From the NCBI GenBank assembly GCA_965237685.1, contig CBDEGF010000004.1, forward strand, positions 463,344 through 527,343: a stretch of DNA of 64,000 nucleotides, written 5' to 3'. A program made the translations under genes and the position numbers. This DNA is from Candidatus Marinacidobacterales bacterium. GTDB lineage: Bacteria; Acidobacteriota; Vicinamibacteria; Marinacidobacterales; SMYC01. The notes below the pieces were generated by a model. That model was not told the origin of the DNA and did not search any database. It was given only the letters and a program-made list of their open reading frames with translations. Positions within the stretch are counted from its first letter, which is position 1. Every line of letters starts with the position of its first letter. Below are positions 29,447 through 39,252 of this stretch, in pieces.

Positions 29447-29851
29447 TCAATCAGTCCGGGGCAAGTCCGTGACAGCGATCGTCGCGCCGAGACGCGTGCC
29501 TTCCCGATCGAGCTCGGCATCGACCATTTCGAAGCTTTGAAAAAAAGATACGCCGCCAGGATGATTCCTCGATTCGCGGTAAGTGACGAGCACTGGCGAG
29601 CGGCTGCCACTCCCCATCGGCGTAAGCCCCGCACGATAGAAGCCCGCCGCCACGTAGCTGGCGGCCACGCGCGCCTGGTAGCTCAGCGAGAGCCGCCCTC
29701 CCAGCTCCTCGGATGCGAGAAAGTAGATGTGGCCCTTCAGCGCATCCGCCCGGATGCTGTCGAAGCCGCTGCGAGCCTCATTCGGCTGGGCGAGCAACGG
29801 CACGGCCACTGCCGCACTCAGGAAAACCAAGATGGACGTTTTCACCGGCAT
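29447..29851 (-). pseudogene. M28-peptidase-like N-terminal fragment (134 codons; catalytic domain absent)
   Basis: Signal peptide MPVKTSILVFLSAAVAVPLLA plus IRADALKGHIYFLASEELGGRLSLSYQARVAASYVAAGFYRAGLTP, the usual M28 N-terminal region. The ORF ends after 134 aa, directly in front of the S9 gene. Confidence 0.5.
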
Positions 29852-30011
29852 CGCTCGACTCTCCTGTAACGTCCGGATCTCGTGTCCCGACGAATGGCAC
29901 CGACGTACCGCCTGGTACCGATATCAGCGTTTGATTGTACTCCCGGAAGCAAGCCTGCACGACAATCCGGCGTTTTGACTCCGTGAGGGTTTGTCCGCTT
30001 CGCCTTGCCGT

Positions 30012-30040
30012 TTGACATCCGGCGAGTCGAGGACGAGTAT
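30012..30040 (+). promoter_or_regulatory. Possible sigma70-type promoter TTGACA-N17-GAGTAT upstream of the DUF885 gene
   Basis: TTGACA at 30012-30017 and GAGTAT at 30035-30040, 48 nt upstream of ATG 30088. Sequence match only. Confidence 0.3.
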
Positions 30041-30087
30041 CGGCGCGTCGTGTTCCGGTGCCGTGCCGACGACAATGGAGGTCTACC

Positions 30088-31767
30088 ATGTCTTGCTCGC
30101 TCCGATGGCAAACGTTTCTCTGTCTGGCCGCAGTGCTCGCTCTCGCTGCTGGCTGCGGCCCCGGCGTCGCTCCCAGTGAAGAGGCGGCGGGTACTACCGC
30201 CACGAGTACCAGCTACGATGATCTCCTCGCCCTGTTCGAGGAGTGGAGGGAGTTCGAGCGGCCCAAGATGGTCGACGGCGTCCCGGACTATGCCGCGGGA
30301 GCCATGGCGGCCCAGCACCGCGAGTTGGCCGGGTACCAGCAACGGCTCGCCGCCATCGACCCGAGCGGCTGGCCGGTGTCGCAGCAAGTCGACCACCATC
30401 TGGTACGAGCGGAGATGAACGGGCTCGACTTCGACCACCGGGTGCGTCGGCCGTGGGCACGCAACCCGGCCTTCTACACGATGGTCTTTCCTTCTCAGAG
30501 CGACGTGCCGGCCCACGAAGGCCCGGTCATCCATGGCTGGATCGACTTGTGGACTTACGAGTATCCCCTTTCCGAGGCGGATGCTGCGGAGCTCGCACCG
30601 CGGATCGGGACCGTCGCGGCCCTTCTCGAGCAGGCCCGGGGCAATCTGGTCGAAGACGCCCGGGACCTCTGGGTGATGGGGATCCGGGCCATGAAAGGCC
30701 AGAGCACTGATCTGCAGAATTTCGCGAGTCGGGTGTCCGACCAAAGCGACGAGCTGGATGCGGCCATCGTGGCGGCCCGCGAGGCCACCGACGCATTCAT
30801 CGACTGGCTCGAAAGCGAGGCGGATTCGAAGACGGGACCCTCGGGCGTCGGGGCGGACAACTACACCTGGTACCTGCAAAACGTCCACCTCGTCCCGTAC
30901 ACCTGGGAACAACAAGAAACGCTCATGCTCTGGGAGCTCGCCCGCTCCCACGCGTCCCTGCGGCTCGAAGAGAACCGCAACCGCAAGCTGCCGGAGCAGA
31001 CCCGCATCGCGAGCGCCGAAGAGTACGACCGCCGCCTCAACGATGCGGTGACCGAGTACATGAAGTTTCTCGAAGAAGAGGAAATCATTTCGGTCCGTGA
31101 CTACGATGATGCAGCGCTCCGAGCCCGGATCGGGCGTTTCAGCCCGGCCGACGGACTGCGCGGGTTCTTCTCCGAGGTCAGTTATCGCGACCCGCTGACG
31201 ATGCGAACCCACGGCCACCACTGGTTCGACCTCGCCCGGATGGACCAAGAGCCGCACGCGAGCCCGATCCGGCGGGTGCCGTCGCTCAGCAACATCTACG
31301 ACGCACGCTCCGAGGGGATCGCCACCGCGATGGAAGAGATGATGATGCACGCCGGGCTCTTCGACGACCGCCCCCGCTCGCGTGAGCTCATCTGGATTCT
31401 TCTCGCTCAGCGTGCCGCCCGCGCTCTGGGTGGCCTGCGCATGCACAGCAACGAGTACACCATCGACGAGGCGGCGCAGTTTGCCGCGAAATGGACCCCG
31501 CGGGGGTGGATGCCCGAGGACAGCGACACCGTTTATGGCGAGCAGCATCTCTACCTGCAGCAGCCCGGCTACGGGACGAGCTACCTCATGGGCAAGATCC
31601 AGATCGAAATGCTGATGGCCGAACGGGCCCTCCAGCTCGGCGACGATTTCACTCTCAAGCGCTTCATCGACGAGTTCCATGCGGCAGGAGTCATTCCCGT
31701 GTCGCTCGTTCGCTGGGAGCTGGCCGGCTACGACGATCAGATCACCCGAATGACGGCGGCTCGATAA
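30088..31767 (+). CDS. DUF885-family lipoprotein
   Basis: MSCSLRWQTFLCLAAVLALAAGC has a lipobox (LAAGC), and GGAGG lies 6 nt before ATG 30088. DDLLALFEEWREFERP, GYQQRLAAIDPSGW and HHLVRAEMNGLDF are DUF885-like. Confidence 0.8.
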   Translation: MSCSLRWQTFLCLAAVLALAAGCGPGVAPSEEAAGTTATSTSYDDLLALFEEWREFERPKMVDGVPDYAAGAMAAQHRELAGYQQRLAAIDPSGWPVSQQVDHHLVRAEMNGLDFDHRVRRPWARNPAFYTMVFPSQSDVPAHEGPVIHGWIDLWTYEYPLSEADAAELAPRIGTVAALLEQARGNLVEDARDLWVMGIRAMKGQSTDLQNFASRVSDQSDELDAAIVAAREATDAFIDWLESEADSKTGPSGVGADNYTWYLQNVHLVPYTWEQQETLMLWELARSHASLRLEENRNRKLPEQTRIASAEEYDRRLNDAVTEYMKFLEEEEIISVRDYDDAALRARIGRFSPADGLRGFFSEVSYRDPLTMRTHGHHWFDLARMDQEPHASPIRRVPSLSNIYDARSEGIATAMEEMMMHAGLFDDRPRSRELIWILLAQRAARALGGLRMHSNEYTIDEAAQFAAKWTPRGWMPEDSDTVYGEQHLYLQQPGYGTSYLMGKIQIEMLMAERALQLGDDFTLKRFIDEFHAAGVIPVSLVRWELAGYDDQITRMTAAR

Positions 31768-31774
31768 GGGTTCA

Positions 31775-31800
31775 CGCAAGAATCGGTGGTTATTCTTGCG
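31775..31800. terminator. 9-bp perfect hairpin between convergent genes (weak intrinsic-terminator candidate)
   Basis: CGCAAGAAT (31775-31783) pairs with ATTCTTGCG (31792-31800), leaving an 8-nt loop. There is no U-tract on either strand. Confidence 0.3.
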
Positions 31801-31915
31801 CGGGCCCTAAGGACGCTGGATCCTCGTCCCACAGGTTCTCGAACGATCAGCTCGACCACGGGTGGCGCCGCGTACGTCGGTGGCCCTCACCTCGTGACAC
31901 CGGCCGTCGGCGCGA

Positions 31916-33874
31916 TCAGACGTCGACCACGCGAAGGCCGGCATTGAAGTGGCCAACGTACAGGACCTCCTGCTCCCAATCGATCCAGTAGTTGTGAGGC
32001 CCGGCCTCCGGAACCTGATAGGGAGCCACTTCCCGCGGCCGCTCCATATCGGTGAAGTCCGCGATATGGATCCACCCCATCGCGCGGCTGGGTACGCGCT
32101 GTTTCCAGAAAATGATCTCCCCGGGCACGCGCGGGTTGAACGGGTGGGCTTCGTCCCCGGCGAAGACGTAGAACTTGCCGGCCGACTTGCTCTTAAAAGG
32201 CCATACGGAGTGGTTCCAACCGGTGAGCTGAGGCAACCGGCTCATCTCGACGGGCCGTGCCGGCGAGCCGCCCATGCCGCCGACGACGACGTCCAAGAGA
32301 ATCAGCGAATCCGTGTTGCCTGCCTGGTAGGCGATCCCGTCGCGTACCCAAACGTCGTGCACGGATCGGCCCGGCGTCGAGGTCTCGAAACGAGCCGCGC
32401 GAGCCGGACTCGTCGGATCCTCGATGTTGATCACGTCCCACCGCCGGCCGTTGTTCACCGCGTAGATATGATTCTCGTGAATGAAAACGTTGTGCACCCC
32501 GCCGGTGAGCTGATCGTCGTATCTGGATAGAATCGTGACGTTACGCGGATCGCTTACATCCAGAATGACGAGCCCGTTGCGCCGGTTGGAAGCGCCTTCG
32601 CGGCTGATCACGCAGATCCGACCGTCCTTGGAGACCTTGACGTCATTGACCGTTCTCGCGTCGACCTGCACGATGTCGATCCTCTGCATGTTGGCGGGAT
32701 CGGTGACGTCGTAAAAGTAGGCGTGGCCATCGGCGTTCCACGTGCCGTGCACCGCGTAGTCTCGCCCGTCCACGCCCTCCCAGACCCAGAGGTCCGAGGT
32801 GACGCGGTCGCGTACGGGGGCATGACCCACGAACTCGATCCTCTTCTTCACGTTTCGAGGAGTGATCCGAACGGTTCGCTCCGCGACGAGAGTTCCGGAC
32901 ATGGCCACCACCGCATAGAGGCCCGCCTGTTCCGCGACGAACCGCCCGTCTGGGGTTACCTGCGCCGGCGCCCCGGCCCCCACGGTCTCCGGCCGACTCG
33001 GATCGGACCAGGCCTGAAGCATGTAACGGATGGGCGCCTCCGCAACGGTCCTTTGCTCGGCGTCCCTGGCCACCGCCTCGAAGTGGATCACGTCGCCGGT
33101 GCGTGCCTCGTCTCGAGAAGCGGTCAGCTCGAGCGAGCGGGCTGGATTCGCCTCGATCCTCAGCTCCATTTACGCCGAGACGCCTTCGGCCGTGGTCGCG
33201 GTCACCGTTACGTTTCCCGGTGCCAGCGCCGTCAAGATTCCCGTTGCGTCCGATGGAAACAGCTCGGGTCGAGGACGACGATACTGCGGGTGTGCGTCTG
33301 CCGAACCCTGAAAGGTGGGTCCGAAGCTCACAGCTCTTGCGATCGAAGGATCGCTCACCGTTAGCTCCGCGCGAGCGTCTTGCCGATTCTGGTTGACATC
33401 GGTTCCCGTGACAGCCACGGGCACCACCGCGCCCACGTGGAGCCTTGCCGGGACGTCACCGAAATCGAGTCGTGCGAGGGGAGACGGCGTTACTTTGACG
33501 GGGACCGAGACGCGGATCCCGGGAACGCCGCGCAGCGACACGTCGGCTTCCAGAAGTTCCGAAGGGCACAGCGCCACGACGGTGTGCTCACCGGCGCGGC
33601 GGGCCTCCACCCTGCCCGCCGGCGTCACCGTCACCGAGGAGCGGCCGGTGGAGAAGAAGATCACCGGGGCATTCGGTAAGACGTTGCCGCTGGCGTCTTT
33701 GACCAGGGCCGTCAGTTGAGCCGTCTCGCCGGCCCTGAGCTCCAGTGAGCTCGGCGTCACTTCGATGGAATCGGGCGTGTCGGCGGGCTGTGTCGGCGCA
33801 GGTGGAGCCGCCGCCAAGGCACTCGGCATCGCCGCCAACATCAGCCAGCAGCATCGCGTCACAGCGGATCTCAT
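31916..33874 (-). pseudogene. Big_2 + LVIVD-repeat beta-propeller protein, tandem paralog 2: split by an in-frame TAA and C-terminally shortened
   Basis: ORF 33170-33874 has a signal peptide (MRSAVTRCCWLMLAAMPSALAAA) and Ig-like repeats and ends ...ATTAEGVSA-TAA. The next codon is ATG 33169, starting MELRIEANPARSLELTASRDEARTGD. This aligns with ...ARAERVTANFELTVRENPVRSLELEASREEGRTGD in paralog 1. The second part has no signal peptide and ends at GLRVVDV, about 80 aa short of paralog 1. Confidence 0.65.
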
Positions 33875-33890
33875 CGTTCTGCCTCCGAGT

Positions 33891-36011
33891 TCATCGCATG
33901 CTCGTCGTTTCTGCTTCCGAATCTTCCTTGGGAAGCAGCCGGACTGCCCAAAACCCACTGTAAAGGTCGGTGAAGAAGATGGTGCCCTTGTGCGGTTGCG
34001 GTCCCCAGGCGAAAGGCGCGTTCGGTATGAACCCCTTGGAGTCGTCGGAGTAGAACTTGGCGATCTCACGCCCTTGCCGATAGAGATCGCCCATCAGCTC
34101 TCCGGAGATATCGACGACGCGAAGGCCGGCGTCGAAGTGGGCGACGTACAGGATCTCCTCTTCCCAGTCGATCCAGTAGTTATGTGGACCCGATTCGGGG
34201 ACTTGATAGCGGGCCACCTCCCGCGGGTTCTTCGGGTCGTCGAACTCCACGAAGTGAATCCAGCCCTTTGCATACGAGGGAATCCGTTCCTGCCAGCTGA
34301 TGCCAACGCCGGGCGCCAGAGGGTTGTCCCAGAAGGCTTCGTCGCCGCCGACGATATAGAACTTGCCGGCGGACTTGCTCTGGAACGGCCACACCGAGTG
34401 ATTCCATCCGGTGAGCTGTCCCAGGCGGCCCATCTCCACCGGGTTTGTCGGAGAGCCGCCCTTGCCCCCGCCGCCGACGTCGATCATCATCAGGCCGTCG
34501 GTCCGCCCCGCCTGGTAAACGATACCGTCGCGCACCCAGACGTCGTGGATGGCGTGGCCCGGCGTCGTGGACTCGAAACGAGAGACTCGCTGGGGCTTGG
34601 TGGGGTCTTCGATGTTGATGACGTCCCAGCGACGCCCGTTGTTGACCGCGTAAACGTGTTTGTCGTGAACGAACACGTTGTGCACGCCTCCGGTCAACTG
34701 CTCGTCGAACTGAGAGAGAATGCGCACGTTTCGAGGATCGCTCACGTCCAGAATCACGATGCCGTTGCGCCGGTTCGAAGCCCCCTCGCGGCTGATGACG
34801 CAGATGCGTCCGTCCTCGGAGACCTTTACGTCGTTGACGGTCCGGGCGTCGACTTGGATGATATCGATGCGCTGCATGTTGGAGGGGTCGGTGACGTCGT
34901 AGAAATACGCGTGACCCCCCGCGTTCCAGGTGCCGTGAACCGCGTAATCTCGGCCGTCGACCCCCTCCCAGACCCAAAGATCCGAGGTCACCCGGTCCCC
35001 GACGGGCGCATGGCCGACCAGCTCGATCTTTCGCTGAACGTCGCGCGGGGTGATCCGAACGCTCCGTCGGGCTATGTGCGGGCCCGACATCGCGATCACG
35101 GTGTAGATTCCCGGCTGCTCGGCCACGAAGCGACCGTCGTCGGCTACTTGTGCCGGTGCTCCAGCACCGACGGTTTCGGCGCGATTGGGGTCCGGCCGGG
35201 CCCGCAAGGTGTAAGTGACCGGAGCGTCGGCGACCGGCCGTCCCCTCTCGTCCTTCGCGGTCGTCTCGAAGTGGATCACGTCCCCGGTGCGTCCTTCCTC
35301 GCGGGAGGCCTCGAGCTCGAGTGAGCGAACCGGATTCTCTCGTACGGTCAGCTCGAAATTGGCCGTGACCCGTTCCGCTCGGGCTTCGAGCTTCACTTTC
35401 CCGGGTCTCAAGGCGGTAACCTCGCCCACGCCGGCCCGGGCGACGCTGGTGTCGCTTACGCTCAAAACGGGTTCAATGTCCCCGCGGGTGGTCCCACTCA
35501 CATCGGTTCCACTCACCTCGACCGGCACAGTGGTTCCGGCATAGAGTGTCGCAGGCAAATCGACGAAATCCAGCCGGGCCAAAGGCGGCACCGGGACCTT
35601 CACTTTGATCGTGGTCCGAATGCCGGGATCGCGTCGCGTGTAGCTGTCGGGCTCACCCTCGAAAGATTCAGCGGGGGACAGGGCGGTGAGCTCGTGCTCG
35701 CCGGGCTGATAGGCCTCCACCATTCCCGAGGGAGTCACTCCCACCGACGAGCGCGATCCGGAGAAAAAAACCACCTGGGCTCCCGGCAGGACGGTTCCCT
35801 GTGCGTCTTTCACCACGGCACGAAGCTGGATCGTCTCGCCGACCTCGAGCTCCAGCTCCGGCGGGTCGACCTCTACGGACGCGGGCTTTCCCTCCTGAAG
35901 GCCCGCAGGTGATGCGCCGGATCCCATCGTTGGACCCGCGGCCAAGGTCAGGCAGAGGAGTCCCGGGACGAGTGCATGCCGGGTCATCGGGTTCCGAGAA
36001 ACGTTTTCCAT
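33891..36011 (-). CDS. Secreted Big_2 (bacterial Ig-like) + LVIVD-repeat beta-propeller protein, paralog 1 (intact)
   Basis: Start chosen at ATG 36011 (MENVSRNPMTRHALVPGLLCLTLAAG). LVIVD-type repeats are present (GIVILDVSDPRNV, WDVINIEDPTKP, GLMMIDVGGG, GLRVVDISG). The upstream part of the track ORF is R-rich read-through. Confidence 0.8.
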   Translation of the reverse strand: MENVSRNPMTRHALVPGLLCLTLAAGPTMGSGASPAGLQEGKPASVEVDPPELELEVGETIQLRAVVKDAQGTVLPGAQVVFFSGSRSSVGVTPSGMVEAYQPGEHELTALSPAESFEGEPDSYTRRDPGIRTTIKVKVPVPPLARLDFVDLPATLYAGTTVPVEVSGTDVSGTTRGDIEPVLSVSDTSVARAGVGEVTALRPGKVKLEARAERVTANFELTVRENPVRSLELEASREEGRTGDVIHFETTAKDERGRPVADAPVTYTLRARPDPNRAETVGAGAPAQVADDGRFVAEQPGIYTVIAMSGPHIARRSVRITPRDVQRKIELVGHAPVGDRVTSDLWVWEGVDGRDYAVHGTWNAGGHAYFYDVTDPSNMQRIDIIQVDARTVNDVKVSEDGRICVISREGASNRRNGIVILDVSDPRNVRILSQFDEQLTGGVHNVFVHDKHVYAVNNGRRWDVINIEDPTKPQRVSRFESTTPGHAIHDVWVRDGIVYQAGRTDGLMMIDVGGGGKGGSPTNPVEMGRLGQLTGWNHSVWPFQSKSAGKFYIVGGDEAFWDNPLAPGVGISWQERIPSYAKGWIHFVEFDDPKNPREVARYQVPESGPHNYWIDWEEEILYVAHFDAGLRVVDISGELMGDLYRQGREIAKFYSDDSKGFIPNAPFAWGPQPHKGTIFFTDLYSGFWAVRLLPKEDSEAETTSMR

Positions 36012-36203
36012 GACTGTCTTCCCTCCAACGTCCACGTCGTCGTTCCGAGTACACCGGCCGAAGGCAGTGCGTGCGTTCAGCGGTTTTTCAAACGAGGAGA
36101 TTGGCCGGCATATGTGTGTCTGAAGATTTTCATCGGGCCGCCGAACGGATTCACACTGTTCTTTACATGGTGCCCTCGGGAATGTCAAGCAGCCCGCGAA
36201 ATG

Positions 36204-37679
36204 GGGCGCAATCGACTTCCGTTCATGCGACCTGTTTTCGATAGTTCCAGAACGAATCCCAGGCGCCCGTGCTTCGGAAGACACAGCGCAGTGCGAGCAT
36301 TGCATCGGCCCCAGCGGCGTGCCATCTCATCCCGACTCGCTTCATCCTTTGTTGCATAACGTGGCTCACGGCACTTTCCACGGCACCGCTGCCGATGTAG
36401 TAGCCGCTTTGTCGAAACGTTCTGTATTTCATTCGATGCCCGTTTCTCTCGAGGTAGCCGGTGAGCTTGTCGATCTCTTCGTCTTTGGAACGGTGACGCT
36501 TTTTCAGAAACCGCAAACCCTCGATCACCTCATCCACGGCGTCTTCGTATAGACGGTCGAGTTGCGATTTGCGCCACTGTGCGGCTTCGTCGGTGCCTTC
36601 GCCGAAAACCACCCGTGCCACACGGCTGATATTCTCGTCGGCGTGATACCAATCAAGGATCTCGACTCGATCGGTGAACAGCTCCTCCGCAAGATTCCAA
36701 ATCCACGGCGCACCGTCACCCAGGATGACGACCTTGCGAGACTCCGCCCCCATTGAGCAAGAGCGAGGCCACAAAACCTCGCCGAGTGCTTCGGGGCTAC
36801 CTCGAACCCCTACGACCTGTCGTTCGGTCAACTCTCCGCGTCCGAGCTTGCTCTGCACACGCCCTTGCTCGGTATAAAGGCAGCCTAGCTTGACTTCCTG
36901 CCAGCGGCCGTCCACGAATACCATCCCGCCGTCTATCCCTATGTACAGCGGTCCCTTATGGCGTCTGCCCGTTCCAGCTTCCACCTCGTTCGCAGGCTCT
37001 TTCGAAAAACCCTCCGCCTTTTTCCCATCGGCGCCTACCAAGCTTTGAATCTTCTCGGAGCTCACGACCACCCCGGTGAACTTTCGCAGCAATTGCTCGC
37101 TCGCCGAGCGGTAGGGTTCGATCACTCCTGCCAACAGCGACAACTCTTGTAAGGCTTGCGTGAATCCCTCCTGGTCCACCCGCATCTCTTCCAGCAGCGG
37201 ATACTTGCCTTGACGACACTCACAGCACTGAGCGTAAACCACACTCAGCTCCACATCCCGACCCGCCAGTACCGTGTGCACCCGGAACGCTCGATGTTGT
37301 CGAAACTCCATCGACGCGCCGCATTCGCATGCGCCTGACACACCGAGTCGTTCCGAGCGTTGGCTGAGCGCCTTGCCCAGTACCTCACGCAGGTATTCGC
37401 TGCCCTTGACCCGCATCCACTCGTCACACCGTTCGACATCAGCTTCCGCTTCCACGACCGCCTGCCACACTTGCTCCGCGAACTCCTCGGATAGACGACT
37501 TACTTCTTTACTAAACTCCTCCCGCGTGATACTGCTTTTCATTGAGGTGTCCCTCCATCGGCCGCTTAGCTGCGACCGTTTTCTTTATTTAGGATTGTGA
37601 AGGACACCTCATTTTTCCTTTTATGTCAAGAGAACATTGCTAGTAGAAAAATGATCAAGATCACGAAAAGGTTGCGCCC
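36204..37679 (-). mobile_element. ISKra4-family-like insertion sequence, copy 1 (1476 bp)
   Basis: Ends GGGCGCAATCGAC... and ...GGTTGCGCCC (imperfect inverted repeats starting GGGCGCAA). It is flanked on both sides by the 8-bp direct repeat GCGAAATG (36196-36203 and 37680-37687). Confidence 0.85.
36223..37542 (-). CDS. ISKra4-family DDE transposase (439 aa)
   Basis: IGIDGGMVFVDGRWQEVKLGCLY, VVILGDGAPWIWNLAEELF..VEILDWYHADENI and GSGAVESAVSHVMQQRMKRVGMRW match ISKra4/UPF0236-type D, D, E regions. Confidence 0.85.
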   Translation of the reverse strand: MKSSITREEFSKEVSRLSEEFAEQVWQAVVEAEADVERCDEWMRVKGSEYLREVLGKALSQRSERLGVSGACECGASMEFRQHRAFRVHTVLAGRDVELSVVYAQCCECRQGKYPLLEEMRVDQEGFTQALQELSLLAGVIEPYRSASEQLLRKFTGVVVSSEKIQSLVGADGKKAEGFSKEPANEVEAGTGRRHKGPLYIGIDGGMVFVDGRWQEVKLGCLYTEQGRVQSKLGRGELTERQVVGVRGSPEALGEVLWPRSCSMGAESRKVVILGDGAPWIWNLAEELFTDRVEILDWYHADENISRVARVVFGEGTDEAAQWRKSQLDRLYEDAVDEVIEGLRFLKKRHRSKDEEIDKLTGYLERNGHRMKYRTFRQSGYYIGSGAVESAVSHVMQQRMKRVGMRWHAAGADAMLALRCVFRSTGAWDSFWNYRKQVA

Positions 37680-37694
37680 GCGAAATGCAAAATG

Positions 37695-39170
37695 GGGCGC
37701 AATCGACTTCCGTTCATGCGACCTGTTTTCGATAGTTCCAGAACGAATCCCAGGCGCCCGTGCTTCGGAAGACACAGCGCAGCGCGAGCATTGCATCGGC
37801 CCCAGCGGCGTGCCATCTCATCCCGACTCGCTTCATCCTTTGTTGCATAACGTGGCTCACGGCACTTTCCACGGCACCGCTGCCGATGTAGTAGCCGCTT
37901 TGTCGAAACGTTCTGTATTTCATTCGATGCCCGTTTCTCTCGAGGTAGCCGGTGAGCTTGTCGATCTCTTCGTCTTTGGAACGATGACGCTTTTTCAGAA
38001 ACCGCAAACCCTCGATCACCTCATCCACGGCGTCTTCGTATAGACGGTCGAGTTGCGATTTGCGCCACTGTGCGGCTTCGTCGGTGCCTTCGCCGAAAAC
38101 CACCCGTGCCACACGGCTGATATTCTCGTCGGCGTGATACCAATCAAGGATCTCGACTCGATCGGTGAACAGCTCCTCCGCAAGATTCCAAATCCACGGC
38201 GCACCGTCACCCAGGATGACGACCTTGCGAGACTCCGCCCCCATTGAGCAAGAGCGAGGCCACAAAACCTCGCCGAGTGCTTCGGGGCTACCTCGAACCC
38301 CTACGACCTGTCGTTCGGTCAACTCTCCGCGTCCGAGCTTGCTCTGCACACGCCCTTGCTCGGTATAAAGGCAGCCTAGCTTGACTTCCTGCCAGCGGCC
38401 GTCCACGAATACCATCCCGCCGTCTATCCCTATGTACAGCGGTCCCTTATGGCGTCTGCCCGTTCCAGCTTCCACCTCGTTCGCAGGCTCTTTCGAAAAA
38501 CCCTCCGCCTTTTTCCCATCGGCGCCTACCAAGCTTTGAATCTTCTCGGAGCTCACGACCACCCCGGTGAACTTTCGCAGCAATTGCTCGCTCGCCGAGC
38601 GGTAGGGTTCGATCACTCCTGCCAACAGCGACAACTCTTGTAAGGCTTGCGTGAATCCCTCCTGGTCCACCCGCATCTCTTCCAGCAGCGGATACTTGCC
38701 TTGACGACACTCACAGCACTGAGCGTAAACCACACTCAGCTCCACATCCCGACCCGCCAGTACCGTGTGCACCCGGAACGCTCGATGTTGTCGAAACTCC
38801 ATCGACGCGCCGCATTCGCATGCGCCTGACACACCGAGTCGTTCCGAGCGTTGGCTGAGCGCCTTGCCCAGTACCTCACGCAGGTATTCGCTGCCCTTGA
38901 CCCGCATCCACTCGTCACACCGTTCGACATCAGCTTCCGCTTCCACGACCGCCTGCCACACTTGCTCCGCGAACTCCTCGGATAGACGACTTACTTCTTT
39001 ACTAAACTCCTCCCGCGTGATACTGCTTTTCATTGAGGTGTCCCTCCATCGGCCGCTTAGCTGCGACCGTTTTCTTTATTTAGGATTGTGAAGGACACCC
39101 CATTTTTCCTTTTATGTCAAGAGAACATTTCTAGTAGAAAAATGATCAAGATCACGAAAAGGTTGCGCCC
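37695..39170 (-). mobile_element. ISKra4-family-like insertion sequence, copy 2, in direct tandem with copy 1
   Basis: Same 1476-bp unit offset by 1491 bp, with at least 4 substitutions versus copy 1 (two silent in the ORF, two in the 5' leader). It is flanked by GCAAAATG (left) and GCGAAATG (right). A 15-bp spacer GCGAAATGCAAAATG separates the copies. Confidence 0.85.
37714..39033 (-). CDS. ISKra4-family DDE transposase (439 aa, protein identical to copy 1)
   Basis: The translation in the ORF track is identical to 36223-37542. Confidence 0.85.
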   Translation of the reverse strand: MKSSITREEFSKEVSRLSEEFAEQVWQAVVEAEADVERCDEWMRVKGSEYLREVLGKALSQRSERLGVSGACECGASMEFRQHRAFRVHTVLAGRDVELSVVYAQCCECRQGKYPLLEEMRVDQEGFTQALQELSLLAGVIEPYRSASEQLLRKFTGVVVSSEKIQSLVGADGKKAEGFSKEPANEVEAGTGRRHKGPLYIGIDGGMVFVDGRWQEVKLGCLYTEQGRVQSKLGRGELTERQVVGVRGSPEALGEVLWPRSCSMGAESRKVVILGDGAPWIWNLAEELFTDRVEILDWYHADENISRVARVVFGEGTDEAAQWRKSQLDRLYEDAVDEVIEGLRFLKKRHRSKDEEIDKLTGYLERNGHRMKYRTFRQSGYYIGSGAVESAVSHVMQQRMKRVGMRWHAAGADAMLALRCVFRSTGAWDSFWNYRKQVA

Positions 39171-39252
39171 GCGAAATGGCGACTGGCCGTGTTGCGGATC
39201 CAGACTGGAGAGGCTCAGCTGATCGATCGGCGCGCGTGCTACAGTCCTCGAG

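Noticed and set aside
37672-37702. A hybrid junction promoter formed by the abutted IS ends in the tandem dimer.
   Set aside because: TTGCGC in the right end could serve as a -35 box, but no acceptable -10 box lies 16-19 nt downstream (GGGCGC).
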